From the human T2T-CHM13v2.0 reference genome, Homo sapiens, in NCBI RefSeq assembly GCF_009914755.1, contig NC_060930.1: a stretch of 64,000 nucleotides of DNA; one strand, 5' to 3'. Of this stretch, positions 26,618 through 42,420 are shown piece by piece. Each line of letters opens with the position of its first letter. Position 1 is the stretch's first letter. Under the pieces are notes generated by a model. That model was not told the DNA's origin, did not search any database, and saw only the letters and a program-made list of their open reading frames with translations. Both the position numbers and the translations under genes were made by a program.

Positions 26618-27112
26618 GAAGAAAAGTAGAAATGGGAGTAAGAGTAGGCCAAAGAAGAGAAGAATGGACACGGTTTCACCCTGATGAAGTCACTGTGCCT
26701 AGTAATATCTCAGACCTGTGATTATTACATTGCCTGGCCAAATAGGACACGTTCCTCAAGATTAGGCTCAAATGCTACCTAATATCTGTCCCACTTCATA
26801 CTCCCCACCCTGGAATCCTCTTGGCTCAGTTAAAAGTGTTTCACGTTCTTGACTGGTATCTCCAGACTGAATATACCTTCACTCTACCCTCCACCCCTAA
26901 ACCACTCAGGTCCAGAGATAGTTTCTAAGTGGGAGAAAGGATCCTTAGCTAAGACATCTCTGGTCCCCATGCCAGAATCTACTCAGAGGGTCAGTTTGTG
27001 GCTTCCCTTCAGTGGGGCTTGAGAGACAGGGCCAAAGGGACTCACCAACATAACCTTGAAACAGTTAAAAACCACGTGCACCCTGCCAGATAGACCTACT
27101 AGAATCTCAGGC

Positions 27113-28465
27113 CAGTGGTTATTCAAGTTTTTGGTCTTTGGATCTCCTTCCTTCTTTCCTTCCTTCCCTCTTTCTTTTCTTTTCTTTCTTTCTCTCTCTT
27201 TCTTTCATCTCTCTTTCTCTTTCTTTTTATTATTAGAGACAGGGTCTTGCTATGTTGCCCAGGCTGAAATGCAGTGGCTATTCAACAAGTGCCATCTTAG
27301 CCTCCTGAGCACAAGCAATCCTCCCACCCACTTAGTCTCTTGAGTAGCTGGGACTACAGACACATGCCACCGTGCCTGCCTGGCTTTTTTGCAAATCTTT
27401 TTAATGATTGGCTTTTTAAAAAACAGTTGGATCCTCATATCTACTTCTGCATTCAACCAGTTGTGATATGTTTTCTGCTTGAAGGATATGAAGAAAATCC
27501 AGCCTCGGATAGATAAATAGTTGGAAAAGGAAAGAGTGTCTTTAATGGCCTTTTCAGAAGACTGTAGACATTCTTCTTTGATATGACACCAAGACTAAAC
27601 TGGATGTCATTTCTTTAAGGTAGTTGCAATATGGAATCTGAAACCTTATTGTCAAACTGTCCACACTATGTTACATTACAGTCAGTTTATCTTGCACTTT
27701 AAGCGGATCTTTTACCTATGCATAGTCTTGTAACATTTTGCATTGATCATTTGGAAAATATGGTTCACTGAAAAATGCAGGTCTTCCAAATGTTGGCAGC
27801 TTTTCTTATCCAATAGCAACAATCACATTTGTTTCAATGCTGATCTCATCATAAAAGTCTTTAAATACCAGGTAGCTGTCAAGCTCATGGTACATACAAG
27901 TATTTCAAAATTATCATTTTTCCTTCAAAGTTCAGATTTTAACCTTAGCAATGCATTATTTCAGTTGTTTTCACTGCACTTCATTGAAGTCAGAGGTTCA
28001 CATGGGTTATTTTCAAGAAAATGTCTACCAGATGCCCAAGTCTGAATATTTATAGTTTATCCATTGTTCAAGTAAAAAATAATGTTTCACTATAAAAGCA
28101 GCCAGTTCAACTCAAAACTCAATCATCCTAGAGCTTTTCCTCAAAGCAACGTCATACATTGGTAGTAGAAGTGACAAAATACTTCCTATTTTGTCACTGA
28201 ATGTTGAAAAGACATGTACTCAAGAGTTGAGAGTTAATAAAATTAATTATTTTTATTGGTTTATCTAGGATATTTTTAAGTGATACGGGTAGGGCTTTAT
28301 CCATCATTGCTTTTGCGGTATCAGTGCAAGTGTCCACAAAGTTAAAAAGGCAAATCATGTCTTAGCATTGTTATGAAAATGGTTTCAACCTCTCAACCCA
28401 ACCCCCCTTTCCCCAAAGGCTCTAGGAGACCTGGGGGCCCACGAGCCACACCCTGAGGTCTGCTC
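27113..28465 (+). mobile_element. Charlie1-type hAT element interrupted by an antisense Alu monomer (~27145-27383)
   Basis: CAGTGGTTATTCAAGTTTTTGGTC start; body resembles Charlie1 (CTCATATCTACTTCTGCATTCAA, ATTGATCATTTGGAAAATA). Confidence 0.75.
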
Positions 28466-28650
28466 TCCTAGCCTGCTGTCATTGCTAAAGCCTGCACGGG
28501 CTTCGACCTGAAGGGGGAGCTCAAGGCCTTCCCAATCTTCTTCCTTCCCTCTCCTCCCTGCCCACCCTTTCCCTCAACTTTGGGACAAAAGAGACCAGGA
28601 CGGAAGACACCAAGGGACTCTAGCTTTGGAGTTCAAACTTCCCTCATTCC

Positions 28651-29266
<616 letters not shown>

Positions 29267-30274
29267 CTCTATTCAGTTATTTATATGGCCCATTCCTCCA
29301 CATTAGGTTCCAAATACAACAACATCTCCTTCATTCCATTTTCCCGAGACCCAGTGTCTCCTTCTTCGGGTTCCACCTTATGAAGAGTCTACACGGGGCT
29401 CTCTGTGACTGGAGAGAGGAGAGGACCTGAGTTCCATGAAACCATGGGAGCCACTGCTTCTTTTTGTCACATGGGGTCATTAATGAAACCAAGCCTTGCA
29501 CAGTGTGACAGCAGATGTCTGTTCAGAGCTGCTGGCCTTCCCTGAGTGCTGCCTGCTTTCTCAACGGCCTGTCCCAAGCCTGCTTTCTCATGTCCGTGGG
29601 AACAGGTGTTCTAAGGTCCGGGGCTTAACATCCACTTCCACACCAGCCATCGTTCTCCAAACCACAGCCACAGGGCCACAGAGAGTTGACCTGGGGGAGC
29701 TTCTGCACCCGCCACACAGTGGTTCCCCGCTTCAGCCTGGATTCTCTCTGTCCTCCTTTTCTGCCTCTGAGCCTCTGCCAGCTCCATGTGACTCAGCTTC
29801 AGGCATCCCTCGGGGGGAACCCATGGGCACCCAGTGTCCAACCTACCCCCTCCTCAGAGGACTCTTGGCTGTGTCTGCCTCCCCTTGCTATGTTTTGCCT
29901 TCTGCCTTCTTTATTCCCCTGTTATTTTTCCTGTTTTAGCCATGCTTGATTCGGTTTTACAGCCCTGTGTCTCCCCACTATTTTTATATATATATAATGC
30001 TTGAATGCTTGCTGCTTTGTTTTCCATTTTCTCTTTCTAGTTTAATGTTCTTTATATTCCTTTAAGGTAAAAATGTCTTGCTTCCAACTTGTTTTCCCTG
30101 ATTTATCATTAACTGCTTTTAATTGAAAAAGTAATAAAAGCACATGACGAAAATGGAAAGAGATGAAAAGCATACACAATGAAAAGCAAGCAAGACCTCT
30201 GCTCTCCTAATCTCTGTCTCCAGAGGTGACACTGCTACTGGCTTCTTGTGTTTCCTTTTAGAAGTCCTCTATAT

Positions 30275-30576
30275 GGCCAGGCATGGTGGCTCATGTCTGT
30301 AATCCTAGCACTTTGGGAGGCTGAGGCCGGAGGATCCCTTGAGCCCCGGAGTTCAAGACTAGCATGGGCAATATTGAGAGACCCAGTCTGTACAGAAAAT
30401 TAAAAAATTAACCAGGTGTGGTGGCACACACATGTAGTCTTAGCTACCCGGGAGGCTGAGGTGGGAGGATCCCTTGAGGCCAGAAGTTCAAAGCCACAGT
30501 GAGCTATGACGGTGGCACAGCATTCCGGCCCGTGCAACAGAGCAGCGCCCTGTCTCAAAAAAAAAAAAAAAAAAAA
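30275..30576 (+). mobile_element. AluJ
   Basis: Full length; flanked by AAGTCCTCT. Confidence 0.92.
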
Positions 30577-30734
30577 GTCCTCTGTGTACATAAGAAGCAC
30601 ACTCCTCCCCTTTTATTGCACTAATAAAAACTTGGTATTCACACAGTTCTGGGCCTCTCTGATTTTTTCTTAACTCTGTATCTTGGGGATTGTTTCATAT
30701 CCGCCCAAGAACAGCTACTCGACTCCCTTCCCTG

Positions 30735-31259
30735 AGTTTCCATTAACTGAATTCTTGTCGCAGGAAGAGGACTGTGGTCTGTCAACACACCTGGACATGC
30801 CTGCTCTGCGGCCCCATCAGACTTTGTCCCCAGGCCATTGTATGCTCTTCAAGTTCATTGAATCATCCTAAAAATCCTTTCCTACCACCTAACATCATCC
30901 ACATTTCCTCATCTCCCTTTCCCTAAAAAGAAGGGTATTTAACCATCTGTACCCCATTGCATGGTGGGAGAATCACATGCTAATAAATTTATATGACTCT
31001 TCTCCTGTTAATCTGCCTTTTTTTTTTTTTTAAGAGACAGGGGTCTTGCTCTGTTGCCCAGGCTGGAGTAGAGTGGTGTAAGCATAGCTCATTGCAGCCT
31101 TGAACTCCTGGGCTCAAGTGATCCTCCCGCCTCAGTCTTTTGAGTAGCTGGGACTATAGGCATGAGACATGACACCTGGCTTTAATCTATCTTTTGTCAG
31201 TTGATTTTCAGCCAGCATTCAGAAGGCAAAGGGGAAGTTTTCCTTTGGCCCCTCCAACA
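30735..31259 (+). mobile_element. MER34/MER39-group LTR 3' part, with an antisense Alu monomer at ~31018-31181
   Basis: AATAAATTTATATG..CTGTTAATCTGCC..TTTGTCAGTTGATTTTCAG..GGGGAAGTTTTCCTTTGGCCCC. Confidence 0.65.
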
Positions 31260-31712
31260 TGAAATCTGGATGTCCCATAATATATTGAACTTGTCCCCTC
31301 TTTAATGAGCATGTACATTGTTTCTGGTCTTTTCCTGTTACTAACAGTGCTTCAGTGAAATACATATGTACACACGAAAGTGTGGGATCAAGTTCTAGAA
31401 GCAGAGTTCTTAGGTCAAAACTATTTCTTTTAAAACATTGATAGATATTATTTTATTGCCCTCCAAAGAGTGAGCCTTTTTTTCAAAGATGGTGGGAATA
31501 TTGATCTCTGTGTGTTGATTGTCTTTTGGATTTGTTTGTTATAATTTTTGCCATGAAAAAATGTTGGATTTTTAAGCAGGTACATTACTGTTTATGCTTT
31601 GCAGGTACATTCATGTAGGCCTTTTGGTTTTGTTTCTTGCTTAAGTCAGGTCTTGCCCAGTGAAGGTTTTTTTTAGTTGCCTACACTTTCTTATAGTCCC
31701 CTTGAGTTTCGA

Positions 31713-32115
<403 letters not shown>

Positions 32116-33289
32116 TAGTTATACCAGTGGTATTTATTAAATAATTCATATTTTCTCGACCAATTTTGAATGCCACCTTTATCCTATACTGTTCTGTGTT
32201 CTTAAATTTAGGGGACAGCCAGTCAGGTGCAGCCTCAAGAGGGGACACAGGAGAGGCTCAGAAACAGTTTATAGTCCTCTCAGGTCCTTCACACAGGAGG
32301 CTGGCCATGCAGGTCACTTAATTAATTAAAAAGACAGTTAATTAATTGTATTTTTTGGTGAGGGATTATTTTACTTTTAACTTCTTAGTGTTTAATTTTT
32401 AATCCTTCATTTCTTCTATTTTTCTGATTTTAATTTATTTATCAGCTTTAGATTTTTGTCTCTTTTAACCCAAACCTGATTTACTAGAAGTTGTCTATTT
32501 TCATGCACAAACTGTCACACCACGTGCAGAGGCCTGCCTGTCAGTCAATAGTTCAGTTTTGGCTGAACTGCCACCTTTGTTTCACAATAGCAAAACGATG
32601 ATTTCACAATTGTTTGAATATCTTATTGCATTTTGCCCTTATTTTATACAAGATAGTGAACAATTGTAAAATAAAAAAGGTTAATCCTATCTATGTCATA
32701 AATAATGAGAGAAATGCAGAAATATTAGTTGCCTCCCAAGCTTTTCACTTACCAGGCTTACGCAGATCAAATGTGTGTTCAATAGCAAACGCTGAAGGTG
32801 GCTAGGGGCTATGGGGTTGGGATCTGAATCTAACTACCTGCATGGTGCAAGAACTAAAACCTGAAAAACGAACACAAAACCGATCCATGACCATTGAAAT
32901 CCCCAGAGACTCTGGCAACAGGAAGTCTTGTACTGTTCTATTCCGCAGCCACCCAGAGCTCACGGGAGTCCCATAGAAAACTCACAAAAATCAGTTCACA
33001 CACAATGAATTACAAAGCACTGGAAGAAATGAACACCATGAATAAGACGCAAGACCCAGAGATGGAATATTTATGCCATAATTGAGAATGTTATCACCTT
33101 TGTAATTCTCTAGCAATGGAGGTCTTTTATATGTGTGCATTGCTCAACTTTTTTATAATTAACTCTGGTACTTTCGTACCACCTCCACAATAGCGGGGTG
33201 TTTAATACTGATACTTTGCCATTTTCTTCCTTCTATTCTCCTGGCTTAAAATACTATTATTTTCATTTCTTTATTTCTTCTTCCCCTTC

Positions 33290-33667
<378 letters not shown>

Positions 33668-35554
33668 TATTTTCATTTCTTAATAATATCATTTCCCCTG
33701 AATTTCATGACCTATCTGCATTTTTCTTCCACATCATTGTTTTATTTAATTCACCCTTCCCTTTTAATAAAGGCCTAAGACAAATGTGGCCAAAGGGATG
33801 GTATCACCGAGGCAGCATGGCAGGAAGGATTAGAAGCCTCCCTTGCTCAGAGCTGCAGGTGAGCTGCCAGCTGGCTCTTCTACTGAAAACACATAACACA
33901 TCCTGTTTGAGGACAGTTTTCCACCTCCCCAGGATCCAGGCGACTCTCAGGACATAATTTACTTCTCTGTGCAAGTGGTCCATGCATTTCTGGCTCTGTC
34001 AGGTGACTTCTGGAATTAGAACCTCATGGGAGAGGCTGCACACTTTAGAATCTGTGATCTCTGATGAATGCAACCATTGGATTTGGAGCAAATCAAAGCC
34101 TGCCGCAAGCCAGGAGGGGAAGGGAAGGAGGAGGTCACACTGGCAAGGGCCCTTGGAAGGACTCATGTGCCGCTGACTATCCTGTGGTCAAGTGGACCGT
34201 GGTGGAGGGTGGTGTGGGCATCCATTATCGAACCACTGGGTCTGCTCGTTCACAAAGCAGCTTCCCATGAGTCATTTCCATCTCTGCACCTCCTTCTCAA
34301 CAGGCACAAGAGGAGTCACCTGTGGACATTTTCCCTCAATACAAAGTCTTCCTGAATAGGATTTTTTTTGAATGGGGCAAACTGGGCAGCAAGCTTTGAT
34401 TTTTCTTTTTTAGGAAGGCACTGAAACTGGCACAGACGGGACGGCCACTTCATCCACCGACTAAAGCCTTGGTCCTCATGAAGCATTCTGTGCACCGAGA
34501 CCTGGCTGACCCTGGGCTTTTCGGATGCACTGTAGCCCTCAGGGAGGACCTGGTGCTCTTCTGGGGAGATTGGAGTCCCTGGAAGGCACGTTAGCCAACC
34601 GCCCATTTCCAGCCCCACAAGCCTTTCCCGACCCCCATCCTACCTGGCCCCTCCCCCAGGCCTATCCTCCTGGTCTCCTTCCCTTGCTTTGGTTTTTTCA
34701 CATCAGTTGTCGCCATGGGACGCTACTTACACCCTTGTGTGGTTGTTTATTCTGACACAATCTGAACCCCACTGGAAGAAGCTCCCGATCCCTGGAACCC
34801 AGGCTTGTTCACCTATGTCTCCCCAGCACTGAGCTTGGCCTGGAGTGATGTTTGTTCAGTGAGTGAGAGGCACTGCTCCTGGTGTGTGTGGCTTCCTCCC
34901 CCAACAGATCACATGTGGGTGCCACCGTGGACCACAGTTGGGGAGCCATCTCCCGGGAGCAGACTCAGCCTTCATCCCTGCCCAGCCTGGTCCCACCCAG
35001 CCCCTCTTCAGGCTGCCCCGGTTCCCCAGACCCTGGACAGTCCTGTTCATCTCTCTGCTCACCCCAGCATGTCGGGAACCTGCCCCAGAAAGTGGCATGC
35101 GCTGGTCCCAGGAACTGTCTGGGCACACTAGGCCTCTGGGCGAAGGGGTTGACTTGCCAGGCCAGGGGCAGTGGCTCCGGTGGGAGCTGCCTGTCTTGTG
35201 GCCTAAAGCCATGCAGTGAGGTTCACGGCTGAGTTCTTCCACATCTGTTGGGTCCCCAGAGCCTCTTAGCACTTCCTGGGAGCCCATTCTCAACTTGTGT
35301 TTGGCTTTTGGGAGCCTGTTTCTAACAATACACGCTTGAAAGGGACCCAGGTTTTAGAATGTTCTTTATTCCAAAGTCAAGGTTTTTGGAATTTTATCCC
35401 ATCTGCTGGCTGAAAAAAAAAGGTGGGAGCAGAAATAAGGGTGACAAATGAATCAGCCTTCCCACCTAGCCCGGAAAAGTTCTATCCCAGCAAGCCCTGA
35501 ACGGCAAACGAGACGTGATATCTATGTTTGTCTATTTGTCTTTAGTCATCTTTT

Positions 35555-36513
35555 AAATTTTATTTTATTTTAAAAATAATTAATATGTTTTATTTTTAGA
35601 GCAGTTTTAGGTTTACAGAGAAATTGAGTGGAAGGTACAGCTTTCCCATACACCCCTCAGCAACCCAAGCTCACTGTTTGCTCTGTTAACAATGAATATG
35701 AATGTAATGTATTTGTTACAGCTGATGAGACATTGATACATTCTTTTGTATCATATATTTTTTAAATTCAATTAACTTTTTGCTTAAAATTTTTTTTTAT
35801 AGAGACGAGGGTCTCACTATATTGGTCAGATTGGTCTTGAACTCTTGGCCTCAAGGCAATCCTCTCGCCTCAGCCTCCCAAAGTGCTAGGACTACAAGGG
35901 CGAACCATTGTGGCTAGCCTTATTATTATTTTTAGTTGAAACACAATTGTACATATTTATGGGGTACAGTGTGGTATTTCAATTCATGTACACAAAGTGT
36001 AGTGATCAAATCAGGGGAATTAAGCATGTCCATCACCTAAAACATTCATCGTTTCTTTGTGTTGGGAACATTAAAATGTGCTCTTCTAGCTGGATACGTT
36101 ATTTTAAACTAAAGTCCATAGTTTACATCAAGGCTTAGTCTCGGTGTTGCACATCCTACGGGTTTTAATAATGTTACGTATCCACCATTACAGTGTCATA
36201 CAGAATAGTTTCACTGCCCTAAAACCTCTGTGCTCTGCCTACTCATCCCTCTCTACCCTAAACCATGGCAACCACTGCTCTTCCTAACTCCAAGTTTTGC
36301 CTTATCCAGAATGTCATAGTTAGAATCATACAGTATATAGCCTTTCCAGGCTTCTTTCACTTAAGTCATATGCACTTCAGTGTTCTCCATGTCTTTTTGT
36401 GGCTTGACAGTGTGTTTCTTTTTACTGCTGAATAATATTCCATTGTCTAGATATACTACAGTTTACTTATGCATTCATTACTGAAGGACATCTTCGTTGC
36501 TTCCAAGCTTTGG
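35555..36513 (-). mobile_element. L1MC-type 3' end with nested Alu monomer and L1MA fragment
   Basis: GCAGTTTTAGGTTTACAGAGAAATTGAG..; TCCAGAATGTCATAGTTAGAATCATACAGTAT.. Confidence 0.7.
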
Positions 36514-36538
36514 CTTTACATTTATATATTTATTTTTA

Positions 36539-38256
36539 TTTAAAATATTTTAATTTCTAAAAAAGTTTAAATCATATTAAAATTTAAACAATTTCATTCT
36601 GTAGTACTTGACAATACATTTCAACAAACTGAAATGCAAAACAAATCAGTAAATCAGTTTTGTTTACTTTCTAAGCTTAATAATGTACAGACTCTTGCTC
36701 CTCAAGAAGATGCAAAAATCAGCAACAGTGAAAGTGAAATATTTAAATAGGAATCTGAAACAAAAGGAATTCAATCTGATCAAATCCACAATTAATTGAA
36801 GTTTTCACTTTATTCAATTGTGAATAAAATAGCAGCCACTGTTTCATCCAATATGCCAATGATATCAACTTCAGGAGAAATGATCTACGTGTCATGTGCA
36901 AAACAAGAACAGTTATCTTCTGCTGAAAGGATGTGAGCTTTCAAATTTGGTTTTCATGTCATGGTTTCCAAATAAATAAACTGCTCCACCAAAAACGACA
37001 GTCTAGTTGCTACATATTTACCAGGGTTTCATCATATAGCCATTTATAAGCACAATCTTTGGAACACTATAGTTTCAAAAAGTTTTTTGAAGTCTTGAGG
37101 GTACATGTTAGTTATTTTCTCTTCTTCCTTTTTTCCTATTTGCATCAATATATCCATTGCACCAAGTGGAGTCAGTGAACTTAAGTGGTCTATTAGATTG
37201 GCACTGCACCTCCCAAAACAGTGCTTTCACATGTGAAAAAATATATTACAGTTAATAGGTGTTAAGTTCTCGGTAAATAAATTTCCATGAGGAGTCATTC
37301 GAGTAAGATACAGATTTTGTTGTAATAGCTCCAATAATTCCCTACACTTTGGGTTTTCCAGCCGCCCATTTTGGGTGTATACATCAAATGACGACCAAGC
37401 CTCCATGTGCAGAACCTTAATCTCACAAGCTACTTGCCAGATAACACTTCATACATGATACAAGTCTGGATTTCGGGGATCTGCCGTTAGTTTCTGGAAT
37501 TCTTTTTTACCAATAAACATATTTAGTTCTATTCGTCCAAATTTATATCTAGAAGTACAGGAATACGTCATATGCAGGTTTCCAAAGTGGCCCTTTTTTC
37601 ACCTCTACTTGAGAACATTCTAGTTACTTTTAAAGGGCTGCCTGCTGTCCAAGGAACTGCTTCTATTCCCAAATTCTGAAAGAGCCCTTGAGAAGCCATA
37701 GCGGGTGGTTTTATTACTCCACCACTTCTAGGATCTATTTTAAAGAAGTCACAGTGAATCACTTGTAGTTTTCCATCCAGATTTTTTCCTAAGGACTCCA
37801 AATGTGGAATAAAAGTTTTGTCACTTTCAAGGGCAACCACTTTGGCACCAATTTCAAGTAATGCCTGAGTCAGGATTCCAGGACCTGGACTGCACTGCAG
37901 CAATAGGTGTGGAGGTCTATTTTGTTTTCTCCATACGATTTGCGCCAGGGTCTCAGCCAATCTCCGATTGGTTACGTAACGCTTAAAGTCTAAGATGGAG
38001 TTTAACACCCTCCTTGGTGAGTTCCTGAAATCCGGATCCGGCCACAGCTGCGGAGAGGAGTCAGACAGGCCACGGCGGTTCCTCGCCGGCAAGTGCTTTC
38101 GCATCGCCGCTCCAGACCCTAAAATGCAAAAGCGACCAGCGCCCCCCAAGGCGGAGAGCCTCAGCCGAGGAGGAAATCCGGCCACTGGGATCCACATGTC
38201 TTTGTCTCTCAGGCCCGCTCCAAGGATTACCGGGGGTTGCTACTGCAGTGAACCCC
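36539..38256 (-). pseudogene. Processed pseudogene of TFB2M (mitochondrial transcription factor B2 / rRNA dimethyladenosine transferase family)
   Basis: ORF 38197-37568 matches the TFB2M N-half (MWIPV..., PGPGILTQALLE, CDFFK.DPRSGG). Homology continues past frameshifts (~37590, ~37566, ~37065) and stops (37449-37451, 37227-37229) to KDCAYKWLYDETL and the former TAG at 37012-37010. Intronless, both UTRs present; candidate TSD ATTTATTTTTA 36528-36538 / 38260-38270. Confidence 0.95.
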
Positions 38257-38439
38257 TAAATTTATTTTTAATTATATCATTGAAACATACATATATGCAC
38301 TTGGAGGAAAAATTAAAGTGATACAGACAAAAGTATTAATTTCTTTGCTACTACTCCACCTCTTCCAAGTTCACCACATTCCCCATGTGCATCTTTCTAG
38401 ATCCTTCCTAAGCATTTATAGATATTTATGTACACAGAA

Positions 38440-38898
38440 AACATTAGTTATCTATTGCTGTGTAACAGATGACCTCAAACTTAGTATGTCGTTAGCAACA
38501 GTTAACATTTACAATTGTGCAGCTTTTGAGGGTTAGGGAATTGGGGAATGTTTTATTTGGGTGGTTCTGGCTCAGTTTCTCATGAGGTTGCAGTGAGTAT
38601 GTCAGCCAGGGCTACAGCCATCAGAGTCTTAAATCCGCTTCCAAGGAGGTTAACTCACATGGCTGGCAAATTGATGCTGGTTGGCTCTGAAGGGCTGCTT
38701 GAGTGTTCTCACAACATGGCGGCCAGCTTCCTCAAAGCAAGGGAGAGCTGGGGGAGTGCTCAGTGTCTTTTGTGACTCAGCCTTGGAAGTTGTACATTAC
38801 CACTTCTGCAGCCTCCTGTTGGTTACATGGGCTATGGGAAGGGTGTGAACACCAGGAGGCAAGGCTTGGCGACTGTTTTATAAAGACTGACTACCATG
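38440..38898. mobile_element. MLT1-type MaLR LTR
   Basis: TTAGTTATCTATTGCTGTGTAACA..CTCATGAGGTTGCAG..TTCTCACAACATGGCGGC..ACTACCA. Confidence 0.7.
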
Positions 38899-39936
38899 CA
38901 GGGAAACTAATGGATTTTTTTGTAGTTTTGGTGGAAAACTTTACATTTGGGAAAAGGAAAAGTTACAAATCTTAATCGTTTTTAAGCGTTACGATACACA
39001 CAAAGTAAGCAGTATTAAAACAAATCCCATGCCAGTTTGTAGCAAACAATCTGTGTTGAGGAATTTTAGCCATCATAATAGTGAAAAAAAGATTACGTAT
39101 ATAGTGTGATGATTTCAACTTTGCAAGAACTCATTTGTTAAGGCTTGGATATGAGAAGATTGCAGGAATAAATTAACTTTCACATACTTAAAATCTCCTC
39201 ACAAGAACACCCTACATTTATCACAGTGCTAAATGTGCTATGGAAAGCACATGCTTATGGAAAACAGGCTCTAAGTTTTATTTTTCCTTTAAAAAGGCAA
39301 CCTTCTTGCCCACACTCTGATTGATTTTAGGCTTGGGCTCATTCATTTTGACCAGGGTGGTTGGGCTTCTCTCTGTTTACAAACAGGTGTTTGCCTTACA
39401 ATTCTGTTGTCTATTCACCGTCACACTGTATGAGGTCAAAGTAGAAGTCAGTTTGGAAATGCGACATCAACCATCGTCCGCTGGGGAGCAGAGCAAAGGT
39501 AAACATGGTGAAAGGTCCTGCAGCAGCCAGCCAGACACAGTCAGGACTTGCCTGGGATCATAAAGGCCTCCTGCCAGCACGCCGGCCCCTCACCCCACAC
39601 AGAGCCATGGGCCACTGTTTACTGTCCTGACTTCACAGTGCCATGACTATTGATCATGGGTGAGCGCAAACATAAGAGTACAACAGTGTGATGGTCCGGA
39701 AGAAAACTCACATCAAAACACCTGTTGATGTATTCTGACGTCATAGGTTCAAATGTCCCATGATCTTGAGGCTTGGCTCTTCCACGCCGCAGCCCTTCCA
39801 AATAGCACACCCAGGGCCCACTGCGTGCTGTCTCTGTTGCAGACCCTGTGTACGTGACTTAATCCCGTTGGAAAGGGGACACTGGAACAGAGAGAAAGCA
39901 GAGGAGGGGAGTCTGGGGAAAAAACGGTCTATCGGC

Positions 39937-40020
39937 ATGCATACATATGTAACAAACCTGCACGTTGTGCACATGTACCCTAGAACTTAAAGTATTTAAA
40001 AAAAAAAGAATTTAAAAAAA
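39937..40020 (+). mobile_element. ~60-bp L1PA 3' stub plus first polyA
   Basis: ATACATATGTAACAAACCTGCACGTTGTGCACATGTACCCTAGAACTTAAAGTAT. Confidence 0.92.
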
Positions 40021-40349
40021 TGAGTTATCCATTTGTAAACTGCTGATTTCTTTGGGCATTGTGCCTATAAACTTTGTGTAAAGCATCAGTGATTTCACCA
40101 TTCTTCCACCCAAACTTCACCATAAGTTTGATGTTTCTTCTTGCTTCAATTTTAGCAGGATTCATGTTTCTCTAATAGGCGGTCTTTTCAAACTGATGTT
40201 TTATCCTTCTTAGAGACTCAACCTAGATCCTCTTCAGACATGCTACAACAAGTTAGTACAAGTTTATTTGGTGCAAAAAAAAAATGGAAATCCATGCATA
40301 GTTGTTAAATAATATGCATTTTTCATGAACTTTTTGAAAACCCATTGTA
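40021..40349 (-). mobile_element. HSMAR2 mariner 5' fragment (TIR plus transposase N-terminus)
   Basis: TIR-like CATTTTTCATGAACTTTTTGAAAACCC then TA; minus-strand ATG at 40165 reads MNPAKIEARRNIKLMVKFGWKNGEITDAL. Confidence 0.85.
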
Positions 40350-40399
40350 TACTTAAGCTGTTCCACATGGAAAAGCTTCCATGATCAAACGCGGTAGGG

Positions 40400-40993
<594 letters not shown>

Positions 40994-41808
40994 TACACTA
41001 TGTATTTTATGTATTTATTTGTTTATTGTTTGTCTCCCTTTCCCAGACAATAGAATATGAACTCCCCAAGGGCAAGGATTTGTGTCTGTTTTATTTACTG
41101 CTGCGTCCCTAGCACCTGGAGGCATGTCACACAGCCAGCATGCAATAACTGTGAGGTGAGTTAATCAATGGAAGCACCATGCTGACACGTAATCACAGCA
41201 AGAAATTACTGTGCACCAGCACATGCTAGGCTTAGCAATTTGCATGAATTTTCCTGTTTCAATGTTCATAATGGAGCAACACTACAATGCAGGCTCTAAC
41301 ATTATTCCATTTTACAGATAAGGAAACTGCAGCTCAGAAAGGCCATATAACTTGCAGAAACAGTGGCATTGAGGTTTAATCCCAGGTGTTCTGTCTCCTA
41401 GGTCTTTAGTTCAGACCAAGCCTCCAAAGCCAGACTCTAGGAAACTTACAAAGACCAATTAGACACAGTCCCTCTTCTGCAAGCAGAATATGCTAGTTGG
41501 AGATAAAATCTGGAAATAAGTCAGAACCAACCAAGGCAGTAATGATATGAAGTGTGATGGAGGGTGCAGGAGTGAAAATGGGTGGGCACAAAAGATAAAC
41601 AGCAAGATGTTTACTAACAGTATTATTGCTAGATAGTGAAAGTATAAATGTTTAATGTTTTTATTTCCTACTTTATCTTATGTTTTCTAATTTTTCCATA
41701 GTAAACAAGTATTGATTGTTTGTAATAAGTATTGTGATTATTACAAGTATTGTCATAAGGAAAAAATATATTTATCTTCAGAAATTTTCTCTTAAAAATT
41801 TAAAAACA

Positions 41809-42420
<612 letters not shown>

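Noticed and set aside
40021-40349. Possible domesticated mariner transposase
   Set aside because: Only ~48 codons, frameshifted and truncated
41706-41752. AAGTATTG x3 with a 9-bp hairpin
   Set aside because: Short and AT-rich; cannot be distinguished from ordinary slippage
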